NCBI GenBank assembly: GCA_951406725.2
Contig: OX597833.1
Span: 39,618,001-39,682,000, forward strand
From: Octopus vulgaris
Lineage: Eukaryota
Length of the DNA stretch: 64,000 nucleotides
Direction: 5' to 3'
Shown one piece after another: positions 25,722-39,964 of this stretch; within the stretch, counting starts at the first letter, position 1, and every line of letters starts with the position of its first letter. The translations under genes and the position numbers were made by a program. Under the pieces are notes generated by a model. It worked only from the letters and a program-made list of their open reading frames with translations. It was not told the origin of the DNA and made no database searches.

Positions 25722-26142
25722 CTCTCTTTTACTCTTTTACTTGTTTAAGTCATGCGACAGTGGCCACGCTGGAGCACCGCTTTTAGTTGAGCAAATTGAC
25801 TCCAGGACTTATTCTTTGGAAGCCTAGTACTTATTATATCAGTCTCTTTTGCTGAACCGCTAAGTTACGGGGACGTAAGCATACCAGTATCGGTTGTCAA
25901 GTGATGTTGAGGGACAAACATATACACACACATACATATATGTATGTATGTATGTATTTATATATATATATATATATATATACAGCAGGTTTCTTTTCAG
26001 TTTCGATCTACCAAATCCACTCACAAGGCTTTGGTCAGCCTGAGGTTATAGTAGAAGACACTTGCCCAAGGTGCCACGCAGTGGGACTGAACCTGGAACA
26101 ATGTGGTTCATAAGCAAGCTACTTACCACACAGTCACTCCTA
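25722..26142 (-). mobile_element. Family A SINE, full length, inside a hAT-MITE relic (~25660-26330)
   Basis: Complete head and tail; flanks match 4570-4665 and 5117-5200. Confidence 0.85.
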
Positions 26143-26722
26143 CGTTTAAAATATTAATGTTTAAAATATCATATTTTTTTTATAATTAAATATTGTTAGG
26201 GAACTGTATTAAAAAATTGTAAAAATATTTTGTGTATTATAGAAGAATAACCAATTTATTGCACATAGATTTTAACAACAGAATTTTAAGAAGGACCATA
26301 AGGACCTTAACTAAAAATCCCTACTCAAGAGCAGAGGCTATCAACAGCTTTTCTCACTTTACCCTGAGCTGTCTTTTCTGCTTCTTTTCATTTAAATTCC
26401 TTTTTTCTTGCAGTTTTCTTTCAAATTCTGCAAATTTTGCTGTACTACATCGTATGTTTCCCCGAGAAAAGGCCTTCTTCTGCCAAGCCTTGTTGGTTTT
26501 GAATTGGTATTGATGCTTTTGTAACTCTGGGTTTTTTTTCTATGTAGGTGTACAGGTCTTACATGTAGGTGTATATGTGAAGGTGCATGGCTCAGGAGGT
26601 TTAAATCAGTGACAGAAAGCATCAGCTGAATGAATGACATTATACTTTATACCATACACTGAGTACTTTTTGTTCATTATAAACAATGTGTATATATAAC
26701 AAATAATATACAGATGTCCATA

Positions 26723-26775
<53 letters not shown>

Positions 26776-26792
26776 GTCTATCTGTCTATCTG

Positions 26793-26855
<63 letters not shown>

Positions 26856-26911
26856 GTCTGTCTGTCTGTCTATTATCTATTTATATGTGTGTGTGTGTGT
26901 GTGTGATTGTG

Positions 26912-26990
<79 letters not shown>

Positions 26991-27900
26991 ATGTATGTGA
27001 TTGAGAGAGAGAGAGAGTGTGTATGCGTGTGTGTGTGTGTGTAGGGGTGTATGACATTAGATACATGGTTATTGGGTATGATATTCACACTAATTTACAA
27101 ATCAAGCATAATCTATCATAATAGAACTCAATAGATAATAGACAAAATTAGGATATTTAGCTTAACATGTCATGATAAATATAAAACAGAATTAAACATC
27201 TGAAAAATTGCATAATGCTTGTAGAAAATATTAATGCGTGTGTGTGTATGTGTGTGGTTATGTTTGAGATAGACAGAGATTGCATCTCGAGATATGGTTT
27301 TGTTGAATCAGCCTACAGAAACACAAGATACAAAATTACTGTAAATAGTGTAAACACTGCTTTCTGCCATGCATCAGGGAGCTGCTTTGAAATTTGTGAG
27401 GATGAATTTGGCATGTGTTTGCATGTTGAGACTATTTGGCTTCTTTTTAAGAAAAATAAGTGAAGAAAGGTGAATTACGTAGAGATTTTCTTAAGGCATA
27501 AATGGTAGAACTTTGATTTCTGAGCATTATCCGATATTACATGGTAGAGGCTGGTGACCTCAATTTTCTCTCAGTTTGCAAATATTCTTTGAAAATACCA
27601 TGATGTTCCTTCAGTGATGATGATGCAATGAGGTTTTGTACTTGTACAAGCAACTTTGAAGATACATTGTATAATAACTATGCACTTGGTTGAAGTGTTT
27701 CTGATTGAGACATCATCACATTATACAATTATTTCCTTAAGACATTATTTGCCTGCTACAGACAAATATAATACTTTATATTTTGGTAATTGTACTTCAG
27801 TTCCTTTCATAACATGCATGTTTGCAATAACTTGGTATTGTGATCGTTTATATTTTACTAGACATGATTTTACAGCAGCTATACCTCACTCTTACATTGT

Positions 27901-28205
27901 GTGGAGGCACATGACCTAGTGGTTAGAGCAGTGGACTCACAGTCGAGGGATCATGGGTTCAAATCTCAGACCGGACGATGTGTGTGTTTATGAGCGAAAC
28001 ACCCAAGCTCCACGTGGCTCTGGCAGAAGGTAATGGGGAACTTCTGCTGACTCTTTTGCCACAACTTGCTCTCTCTAATTCCTCCTGCATCTTGCAGTTC
28101 ACTTGCGATGGACTGGCATCCCATCCAGGTAGGGAACCTATATGCCAAGGAAAACGGGAAACTGGCCCTTATGAGCCAGGCATGGTTTGAGAAGGAACAA
28201 ACAAC
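27901..28205 (+). mobile_element. tRNA-derived SINE with family C-like head and a different tail
   Basis: atgacctagtggttagagcagtggactc...gggttcaaatctc; tail ...gagaaggaacaaacaac. Confidence 0.75.
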
Positions 28206-28671
28206 TCTTACATTGGTTTTGTTGAACAGCTAGTGGAAATTGAGGCTGTTTAAAAGATGCTTTCTGGGACAAAATATTTTGTCACTCAAGTTTTAACAGC
28301 CATACTTCATTTAACCTCATGCTGAAACTTATTGGTCTACATTTATGAATGCTCATTGCATTGTGCTTCAACAGCTCACAGGAATTTTATGTGCTTGGTT
28401 TCTAACACACTTGCACACATAGACAGCTGGAAGACTAATCAATGAAGAACATGGCCTAGGATCATAATCCCTGTTTACCTGGCAGAAATATGAACACACC
28501 TCAAATTTTATGCACTTCTAACACAGAGTTTTATTGAGCACTTTTAAGTCTAAGCCCTGCAAAATAAACAAAAATTATACATATATATATATATATACAC
28601 ACACACATGCACACATATATATATACATCTATCTATATACATACATGCATACATTTACTTATCTATCTATA

Positions 28672-28708
<37 letters not shown>

Positions 28709-28709
28709 G

Positions 28710-28774
<65 letters not shown>

Positions 28775-29492
28775 TTATCTATCTATCTGTCTATGTATAT
28801 CTCTGTACACACACACACACACACTCTTCCTCTCTCTCACATACACACACACACACACATATATTTAAATATATACGTATGTGTATATACATACATGTAT
28901 TTACATAAAGATACTAATATATACACAAAAGCACTCACCCTCCCCATGTGTGTGTATGTATGTGGGTGGGTGTGCATGTGTGCGTGCATGCAGGTGTGTG
29001 TGTGTGTGTAGGAAAAAAAATAAAAGCAGGAATAAAAAGATAACAAAATTCTAAGACTAGAAGAATTGTTTTCAATTAGAACAGCTCTCCTCCCCACCAA
29101 ACTACAAGCATAGATGGGTGTGGTGGAGATGAAGGAGAAGAAGAATAAAAAAAATTCACTTGAAGAAAAAGTAATGGGGTCAAGGAACAAACACAAATAT
29201 TACAAACAAAAATTATACATAGAAGCTACTGGATTCGAAATATAACAATAATGGTATTTCATATAATGACAACAATAAAAACAACAAAAACAATAAGAAC
29301 AACAACAATCATAGTTTCAAAGCAAAAGTCATTGTTATCTTTACCATTATTTAAAAATTACTGGATATTTAAAAAATTCTGCATTCTTCTATTCCTGCTG
29401 CTCACGCAATTTTCATATAGTTATTTCCAGGATATATGATGCACAGTTATAATAAGCACACACACACACATACACACACACGCACGCACACA

Positions 29493-29533
<41 letters not shown>

Positions 29534-29565
29534 ACACTCTCACGTGCATGTACATGTACATTCAG

Positions 29566-29612
<47 letters not shown>

Positions 29613-29660
29613 CAAACACATACAACCCACATATGTGTTTGCATATCTATCTCTTTGTCT

Positions 29661-30030
29661 GCCAACCACATGGTTCCGGGTTCAGTCCCACTGCGTGGCA
29701 CCTTGGGCAAGTGTCTTCTACTATAGCCTCGGGCCGACCAAAGCCTTGTGAGTGGATTTGGTAGACGGAAACTGAAAGAAGCCCGTCGTATATATGTATA
29801 TATATGTATGCGTGTGTGTGTTTGTGTGTCTGTGTTTGTCCCCTAGCATTGCTTGACAACCGATGCTGGTGTGTTTATGTCCCCGTTACTTAGCGGTTCA
29901 GCAAAAGTGACCGATAGAATAAGTACTGGGCTTACAAAAGAATAAGTCCCGGGGTCGAGTTGCTCAACTAAAGGCGGTGCTCCAGCATGGCCGCAGTCAA
30001 ATGTCTGAAACAAGTAAAAGAGTAAAAGAG
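29661..30030 (+). mobile_element. Family A SINE, young-looking (CpG-rich)
   Basis: ccaaccacatggttccgggttcagtcccactgcgtggcaccttgggcaag...aaacaagtaaaagagtaaaagag. Confidence 0.9.
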
Positions 30031-30038
30031 TATATATA

Positions 30039-30080
<42 letters not shown>

Positions 30081-30336
30081 CACACACATGCATGAATATG
30101 TATATATATATTCTCAAATGTATGATATATTTGTGAGAATATAAAATATATACATATATATATATGTGTATGCATGTATATATATACACACACATATACA
30201 CACACTCTCACATACATATACATGTACATTTACACACATTTACACACACATATATACAAACACACATCACCCACATACATGTTTGCTTATATGTATATTT
30301 ACTTGTTCATCTCTCTATCTCTCTATCTATCTATCA

Positions 30337-30403
<67 letters not shown>

Positions 30404-30416
30404 CATCTATCTATCA

Positions 30417-30451
<35 letters not shown>

Positions 30452-30572
30452 TATGTATGTATATATATTCTCAAGTGTATGATATATTTATGTGAATGTA
30501 AAATATATGCATATATATATATGTGATATGTATGAATATATATAAGCATGTATATATATGTATGTGTGTGTG

Positions 30573-30610
<38 letters not shown>

Positions 30611-31156
30611 ATATATATATATATATATATACACAGACACACATATACGTGATTAATACAAACAAAAACTTTAGAAAACAAGCATTGAGATAATTTTTTT
30701 CTTTAAATTAACAAAATATAATATACAAACATAGAAAGAGCAGTAATAAATATACCACAACAGATAAGTAAATAAAAACGAACCAGAATCATATTTTAGA
30801 AAAATTTATTTTTAAATCCCACTATCTCAACAACAAAAAAAAAACATCAACAATAACAAGAAAAAACTGCAAAATAATGAAGGCAAGAATAAAAATAAAT
30901 AATCATAAAAAATAAGCAAAAATGAAATGAAGCAGTGTGAGGATGAAAAATTTATGAAATATATATATTTGTGCAAATATATATATATATGTGTGTGTGT
31001 GTGTTTGTATATATACATAAATATATATAAACATACATATATATATGTATTGCTCTTTCTTTCTCTGTCTCTCTGTATATCTATATATTTATATATATAT
31101 ATATATACACATATATATACATGTATAAATACGTATATGCATACATATCTCTCTCT

Positions 31157-31195
<39 letters not shown>

Positions 31196-31289
31196 GTAAA
31201 AAATTAATGAGTGAGTGCGTTAGATAAATAATATTTTCAAGATTAAATAAAATGACAGCAAACAGAAAATATGACATACCTATATATAT

Positions 31290-31650
31290 CATTAAAAAAA
31301 CGTGTAGTAAATAAACAAACAAACATATACTAAAAACACAGGCCAACAAATTACAGAAGGTCACCAATTCTTCATCAGTTATTGGCCAGAGGGTCAAACA
31401 CAAGTTCAGCCATTCTTGATAATATTGCTTTCACTCTGAAGGCACTGACAAGAAACTTGCCAGGAATTGGACCAAAACACAACAAAATGAGACACGCCCA
31501 GAGTGGAAGCAATATTATCAATAATGGCTGAAATTGCATTTGACCCTCTGTCTCATACTGATGAAGATTTGGTGACCTTCTGTATTTTCAGTTCACCTGT
31601 GTATTTAGTATATGTTTGTCTGTTTATTTACTACATGTCTTTTTTATATA
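31290..31650. repeat. Long imperfect inverted repeat (~150-bp arms, ~60-bp spacer) with HHR relics
   Basis: gtagtaaataaaca...gataatattgctttcactctg versus cagagtggaagcaatattatc...tgtttatttactac. Confidence 0.85.
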
Positions 31651-31671
31651 TATATATTCATATATATATAT

Positions 31672-31716
31672 TTTTAGTTTCAGCTCAGAGCTGCGGCCAT
31701 GCTGATGCACCGCTGT

Positions 31717-31719
<3 letters not shown>
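31672..31719 (-). mobile_element. Extremely truncated copy of the CR1-like LINE tail
   Basis: Reverse complement ataacagcggtgcatcagcatggccgcagctctgagctgaaacta matches 58701-58745. Confidence 0.85.
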
Positions 31720-31747
<28 letters not shown>

Positions 31748-31914
31748 CTATATATATATATGAATACACACACTCACACACATACACACATAAACATATA
31801 CTTACGCACACACATATACATATAAGCATGTATGCATGCATATACACACACACATAAATAATATATATATATATGTATATATATATAGTATATATATACA
31901 TGTATATGTATGTA

Positions 31915-31951
<37 letters not shown>

Positions 31952-32116
31952 GAGAAAGAGAGAGAGAGCAGAGGGAGTGTATTATTATTTTCTTGGTATA
32001 AAGACAAAACAATGAAATGTTAAATCAACGATAACAAGAAAGAAATTTGTGAATGTACATTGACCATTATACTCAACCACAGTTATCAATAAAAATATAA
32101 TAGAATAAACTTTACT

Positions 32117-32152
<36 letters not shown>

Positions 32153-32264
32153 CTACACTCTGCAATATCATATATATTATCATTGTCATTGTTGTTGTTG
32201 TTCATTATTTGCATTATTTTTATTTGATGAATATTTATTCTTACCCTGAGAGAAATGTTGGTCA

Positions 32265-32970
32265 TAATAAGCATCGGATGTGGTGTGCAGGAGAGACTTT
32301 TGCGTCAGTATGGTCATGTACTATGGATGGATGAGGAGACATGTATGAAGTGGTGCCACTCCCAAACAGTTGAAGGAATACGAGGAAGAGGTAGACCCAG
32401 GAAGACATGGGATGAGGTGGTCAAGCATGACCTTCGAACATTGGGCCTCACAGAGGCAATGACAAACGACTGAGACCTCTGGAGATATGCTGTGATTGTG
32501 AAGACCCAACAATTGAAGTGAGTTCATGGCTTGTAGGATGGCTTGCTGTGCTTACCTTGGATTGTTGGGTGACCTGCTGTGTTTGAAGAGACCTATTGCG
32601 TCAAATTCATCAATATCAAAATAAAAATCAAATGGAAATTGTAGTTGTGATACCCATGCCATTGGCAAGTAAAAAGCACCATCTGAACGTGGCCGATGCC
32701 AGTGCCGCCTTGACTGGCATCAGTGCTGGTGGCATATAAAAAGCACCAACTGATCATGGACATTGCCAGCCTCCTCTGGCCCCTGTGCCGGTGGCACGTA
32801 AAAAGCACCCACTACACTCACAGAGTGGTTGGTATTAGGAAGGCATCCTGCTGTAGAAACACTACCAGTTCAGACGGGAGCCTGGTGCAGTCTCCTGGCT
32901 TCCCAGACCCCGGTCAAATCGTCCAACCCATGCTAGCATGGAAAGCGGACGTTAAACGATGATGATGATA
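32265..32970 (+). mobile_element. RTE-type LINE, ORF2 C-terminus plus 3'UTR
   Basis: LRQYGHVLWMDE...RGRGRPRKTWDEVVKHDL; tail gcggacgttaaacgatgatgatg. Confidence 0.9.
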
Positions 32971-34424
32971 ATGATATACATATACATATGTTTATATAAG
33001 ATATATATATATACATACATATACGCATATATGCATACATACATACATGCATACATGCCTATATATATATATATATATATATACATAAACATAGACACAT
33101 AGACACACGCACACACACACATGTACATATACTGTACAAACCATATTCATGCTATCCATCACTCTCACTCACATTTCTCCCTGATCCATCAATCATTGTT
33201 GACATCAATCACTCTTTTTTTTCTTCCTTTATTAATTACACTGCTTGCACTATTTTTATTCAGCCTCCTTATGAACAATCCTCATCTAGCTGTCTACTAC
33301 TGTTTCTCTTTTATTTCTCTCTTCTCTGTCAACCACTTTCACTAGTTCGCTTTGCCTGTGGTAGACGTGCAGGAATAGTTAGTTAGCAGTCAAAGTTACC
33401 AGTAAAATAATTTTCTTCAAATGCCTTGAAAGCTCTACGTTTATATGTAAGTATGTCATTATTCAGTTTATGTATGTATGTATGAATGTATGTATGTATG
33501 TATGTATGTATGTACGTATGTATGTATGTATATATGCATGTATGTATGTATGCATATATGAATGTATGTATGCATATATGAATGTATTATGTGGCTATGT
33601 ACATATGTGTGTATGTATGTACGCATGTATGTATATATGTATGTATGTATGCATGCATGTATGTATGTGTGTATGTACATATGTGTGTATGTACATATGT
33701 GTTTATGTATGTATGTATGTATGCATGTTTATAAAAAAATTATTATTTAGATACCCTAATCAGCTATGAAACAGGGCATTCTGAAAGCAAAATAACTAGA
33801 ATTAGGGCAGGATAGAAAAACGTCAGAGAGCTGTAACTTCTCATGGTGACAAAAAGATTCTCTGAGTGTAAAGCAGGTTAATAATCCTTATGTGTAAACT
33901 GTAATACTGCATGGTAGTGAAACATTGACAATGAATACAAAGGGAATGGAGAGAATGGAAAAAAATCAACGAGCATTATTCACTGAGTACATTAAGTTTT
34001 TGTGCTTCAGGGCACACATGAGCTGAGAGAAAAACCACATAGAAGAAGAGATCAATAATAAATGTGCAAATGAGACGACTATGTAGATACGGATATGTAA
34101 AGAGTATGGTTGATGTCAGATGGGTGATCAAGAAGTGGTAGAAGAGCAATCTGGAAAGAACCCATGGAAGGGAAAAAAATCAGGAAAGATATGGGCAGCA
34201 ATGGGGAAAACTGATCTCAGAAATGAGAGGACAAAGCAATCTGGCAAGTGTGAGAATGCCCATGTTAGAGAGAACCTGCCCAACCCATGAAAGCATAAAA
34301 AAATTAACAAAAGAATAATGAGGATAAAGATGATTTCACACACACATATGTCTATTTATCCATCCATCCATCCATTTATATGTACGTATGTCATTATTCA
34401 GTTTATGTATGTATGTATATATGC

Positions 34425-34747
34425 CTGATCGCGCGGTTAAGTATCCGATCGTGTGATTAAACCATTGGGAGTAAGGACTCCTAGCCTTTGTTAGGGCATC
34501 CTTCTAGGAGAAGATAACTCGGGTAACTGGGATAACTCCGACAAAAAACCTGCAGCTCAGTGGTTACCGATGATGTTGACTTGTTCTTCTTTTTGGATTA
34601 TGGCTGCTGTTGCTTAGTGAATGGGATTGACACAGTGCACAGCCTTTCCTCACTTTAAAAAAAATCTTCTTGCACAGGCATTGCACGATAACAACATTGA
34701 TTAAGCTTCGCACAATGGCCATACTCGATAACGAGGGGGCAGCCACC
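34425..34747 (+). mobile_element. Short non-autonomous RTE-derived element with TSD
   Basis: TSD atgtatatatgc at 34413-34424 and 34748-34759; RTE 5'UTR-like ctaggagaag.taactc motif; 3' atggccatactcgataacgagggg. Confidence 0.55.
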
Positions 34748-35449
34748 ATGTATATATGCATGCATGTAAGTATGTGTGCATGTATGTATGTATGTATGTA
34801 TGTATGTATGTATGTATGTATGTATGTATGCATGTATGTATGTATGTATGCATGTATGTATGTATGCATGTTTATAAATAAATGCATATATGTATACACA
34901 TACATGCAGATAGATATACATATATCCTTATACATGAATTTATATAGAGGTAAAACAGAAATGGAGGTAAATTTATGCAAGGAAATACCTGACAAACCAA
35001 TTGCATCATCAAATCATCAGAGTTTGTACAATAAACGAAATATTAGCCTTGAAACAATTTATAGTTGCATTGTTTGTGATACAATTAGGCCAAACCTTCC
35101 ATTCTCAAAGCCCATTAAAACTAACGTAGTAAAAACTTTCTTTGAAATTCTTAGAAAAGACTATTTCCTAAGAATTCTAAGAATTTCAAAATATTTAATA
35201 ATTTTACAATAAAACTTCATATACATAAAACCGAATTAGTGCATAAGCAATAGTCCCAACCTGAATGATATAATTTATACTCCAACTCATAGGAATGACC
35301 ACTCAGATATAGCAGTAAATAATTCTACAACTCAATCACATATCAGATATTCTACAAGTATAAAGAACTCTGAAAATAAAAATAGAGGCAAGAACTCCTA
35401 CCTTCTTCAACACAATACTAAAACTGTTAAGGTCTGAGAGTAACAAGCA

Positions 35450-35770
35450 TTCCTTCAGTTATGGCGATGAGTGTTCCAGCTGATCCAAACAATGGAACAG
35501 CATGCTCATGAAATTAATGTGCAAGTGGCTGAGTACTCCACAGATGCAAGTAACCATAACATAGTTCTCAGGGAGATTCAGTGCGACACAGAATGTGACA
35601 AGACTGGCCCTTTGAAATACAGGTATTACTAATTTTTGCCAGCTGAGTGGACTGGAGTGACGTGAAATAAAGTGTCTTGCTCAAAGACTCAGTGTGCTGC
35701 CAGATATCAAACTCATCCACTTATAATCGTGAGTGGAGTACCCTAACCACTAAGCTATGTGACTTCACCA
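35450..35770 (-). mobile_element. Family C SINE
   Basis: Reverse complement of 42676-42998. Confidence 0.8.
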
Positions 35771-38019
35771 TTTCATTAAAGGCAGAAATATGAAAACTAA
35801 AGACAGAAATATTATCGTCAATACGATTAAAATTAAGCTCATCCCTTTAGGGAAGAATAGTTTAGCCTCTATTAATATGTGCAACCACAAGAATAAAACT
35901 AGCAGAAACAGTATTAAAAATGAGAGCACCAATAATGCTCACAGCCTCTTAACTCCAACAGCGACCTCAGGTCCAAACAATAATGCAACAATATAAAATC
36001 TTCAATCTCTTTTATAGGCTTCAAATAAGTGATCCATTAAAATCCAGCTATAGAATAATTCAAAATTTCCTTTTAATGGAAATTGCTTGAGAAGCAATGT
36101 GGAGTATAAGTACAATGTTGTCACCATTAGTGGCTGTAAATATTACATCAGTTAAATTCAAATTTCGAAAAATAATTCACTGATACTAAAAAAAAAATAA
36201 AGCATTCAACATCTTTAGCAGAATACATCTGGTTTTTAAAGTAAAAGGTGACAGGATAGCATTTATATTAGAATGACATATCATAGGTACTGTCCCCAGT
36301 GTATAAAGGAAACAGATGTAAGTGCAGATTATGTACTCTGGAGGCACTTGAAATACTACAGACAGATAAATAGGAAAAATCATGTTATAAAGGCATGCAA
36401 CCACAAAAATCTGGAAACGTTTTAAGTTCTACCAGCCAAAGATTAAATTTAGTGGTAATATCCAGATTAGCAACTCATAATAAAACCTTACATTCTTTAG
36501 AATAGCTATTAACTAGTCAAGCAGCAGCTCTCATGCCCTAAGAAAAATACGTTTCTAAAACCATCAGACTTACAATATTTACATATTCCACCATGTTGGT
36601 TTGTCTATTCTTTATGTAATAGTATTGCACTGGCAATGCTAAATATATGAGGTCGTTTGCTTGTAAATTATAAATTATAAATTATATGAGGCAAAACATA
36701 TTCCTTTATTTCTTTGTTTCAACCCAAAAAGTATGGCCATGTTGGGGCACCACCATTGGTTGGATATGTTGATATATATGCTTGTATGCATGCATGTATG
36801 TATGTGTGTGTGTGTGTCTGTGTGCGTGTGTGTATGTGTGTGTCACCAAGCAATATGTCAATATATTACTGGTTATTGTCTGTAACTATTTAACTGGTAA
36901 GAATGTTACCATTAGTTTCATGGCAAAATTTACCAGTAGGAAATATTGACAACACTTCAGACAACACATGCCAGATGAAAGAACATAGCATATTTAGTGT
37001 TGCATGGGTATAGACTCAGAGTTGTTTTGATGGTTGCAAAAAGGTAGAATGAAACTCAGTGGAAAATATTTTTAGAATGAAAGACAGAATGAAGTAGAAA
37101 GGCAGAGTTATTCCCATACATTGATGTTGACCATAGGTGAAGTGTATAAGTTGTGTATATTACTTTTTAGTTCAAAAAGGAACATGAATACATCGCCAAA
37201 ATGAATTTGTGCTCATAAGGGCAGTATTAAAAAATTTCGCTTTGTGAGTGCAAGAAAGCACCCAGATTGTGTGAATAATTCTCTTTAATAAGCAGAGTCC
37301 CCATATCCCCTATTTCTATTAAGATATAGCCTAGACTATTCCAGTAACTTCCAGTTAAAATTATATGGTATTCCATTCTATCTTAATTGCAATATATAAC
37401 TGGCTAAAGTTCTGCCATTACATATTTCCTGGATCTGTAAAGAGGATTTGTGATTATTTTGCCAGACATAATACGTTGGGAGCCTCAATTTTCCAAACAT
37501 ATTACACTTGGTGTGGATAATTTTTTTTCTGCTTTGAACATCACTGCTCCTGTGTTGCACTGATCATTTACTAGGCTCTCACTGTAAACCCAATATGAGC
37601 ATTTTGTCTCTGTCCGTGGTTTAGGAGTATTAAATAACACACACACACATGCACACACACGCACACACACACACATTCATATTTAGTTTTATATCATTAT
37701 ACATAAAAACAGTTGAACATTAAACTGAAGGATTAATCAGTACTTTTTAGCCAAGTACATATTCATTAACTTTTACAAAGAAAAGGTTGACTGTAATATC
37801 TAAGTTCTTGCTCACCTTCATCATATTGTGCTATATTTGGGTTCTTTGCTTTTGTTTTTTGTTGTTATTTTTTGCTTTATATAGCGTTTAGTAAGTTGTC
37901 TTACAACTGTGCCAAAGGAATTGCAACAATCAAAGACACTGAAATAGAAAAACTACTAATGAACAGGAATCTCTTCTGTTCCACAATAATGCGCACAGTG
38001 TTAAGAAAAACGTTAAAGA

Positions 38020-38980
38020 ACCATTAGATGTTGGCATGGAATCATAGAACTCAGCAGAAGTAAGCAATACCATCGGCCTATATGTATTATCAGCCCTAAA
38101 CATAAACTTACCCTTTGTTTTAGGTAGTCTCTACAGAGATGATGGTTTTCCCATCCTAAGAAAATGTAACCCACAAAAAAACCAACAAATTTAGGAAAAA
38201 ATTACATCTCTTCTTAAAAATCGTAGCATTCTCAATTACAGTACCCATACATCTTGAATCAGTTAACTTTCTTGACTGCACTCTAGACTTAGAAAATCCT
38301 GTATATACATGGGCAATCCAACACTTCCCAAAGTATACTTAAAACCTAGTCAAGGACACAGCAATAAAAAACTCTTCTTTAATTTTCACTGAATGAATAT
38401 TCAATGAAATAGCAACTACATATAACAAAAACTTTATGACAACAGTTACAAGGGAAAAGTTTATTACATAAAAAATTCAACATCCACAATAAGCAAAGAT
38501 ACAGAAATTGAAAAGTGAAAATCATCTGGTTCAATCCCCTCCTCAACATATATATTTCCACACTAATATCCAGTTTATTTTTTTTTAATACCCGAAAAGT
38601 GCACCCATCCAAAACACAAGTACCACAAACAAATAAACTAACTCAACATAAGAATATAATACACCATAGCTAATAACTTTGAAAAATTCATTGCCAATTA
38701 TGTTCACCCAAAACTTGGAAAATATGAAAACCAAAAGTACACGTATTAATTCAACAATGACACCCTTTTTGTCCTGCTCTTTAAACAGAAATTAGCTCAC
38801 AAGCAACATTGTCTACTTCACAGCTGCAACTATGAACACTACAACCCCAGCCTCAGCCACATATATAGGGTCAAACCGGTTCAAAACATGGCACAGCCAA
38901 TACATGTCTATTTTTCATTGTCCAAACAGGAAAAGATGACACTTTACAATCTAAACATATACGGAAACTAAAGAGAGGGT
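38020..38980 (+). mobile_element. Decayed Penelope-like element (RT and downstream region)
   Basis: GSLYRDDGFPILRKCNPQKTNKFRKKL near 38123, followed by VNFLD and KIIWFNP-like segments; frameshifted. Confidence 0.7.
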
Positions 38981-39878
38981 GTGGAGAGGGGAGGCCGGTA
39001 TGTATGGGCAACTGCTGGTCTTCCATAAACAACCTTGCCTGGACTTGTGCCTGGGAAGGCAACTTTCTAGGTGTAATCCCATGGTCAGTCATAACCGAAA
39101 GGGGTCTCAGATATTATTCTAGACAAATAGATACATATAATTTCATGATGTTATCTATACAATCCAATGAATGCATGAAGATTATGCAATTTTCCTTAAG
39201 TATATCCATCTATAAGGTGAAGTAAAGAGGTATAATCAATATCTAGATATAGCAATATATATACATATCCACACACAGATATACATCAAGAACATAATGC
39301 ATCACCCAACCCAGGAATTGAAAACATGATCTTCTGATCAAGGGTGCAACAGCCTAACTACAAAGAAAGCCACACACCCACCCTTGACATGACTACACAG
39401 ACTGACACACATGTGTGTGTGGCAAATCATTTGAGTTCATTTACAGATAAAAAATAAAAGATTTCAAACAAGACTTAGTAAATTAACCTGGTTTATTAAA
39501 GACAAACAAAGACTATACAATCAAATGGAAATTAATTTGTACTTCAAAACCATTATAGAACTGAAACAAAAAAATGTGACCTATGTTCAGAAGAATTTTA
39601 CCAGATTTTTACATCCACAGGTAATTGTAATAGATTCTAAACAGAAATAAACTTTGAGATACTTGCACATGAGGATTCCTCATGTTTATTATTCCTATAA
39701 ATGAATAATAAATATTTAAACAACAGAATGTTTTGAAACAATGGACTATAAGTGATTATCCAATCGAAACTTGAATTAGAGATTGTTTGCGTCTAACTTA
39801 ACAAACAACTCTACATCATATAATGCAGAGTAGATAAAAGAAAAAAATTAAACAGTTAAATTGAAGGATATTGAGTGA

Positions 39879-39964
39879 AGACCCTGAAGAAACTGCATTG
39901 GTATTACAGTAAGGTTGCAATTGCAATGGTTACTAATTGTCACAGTTGAAACATGTGTAGGTCT
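39879..39964 (+). ncRNA. Type I hammerhead ribozyme, intact core
   Basis: agacc CTGAAGA aactg...cagtt GAAA catgtg TA ggtct; all three stems pair; site after 39959. Confidence 0.75.
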
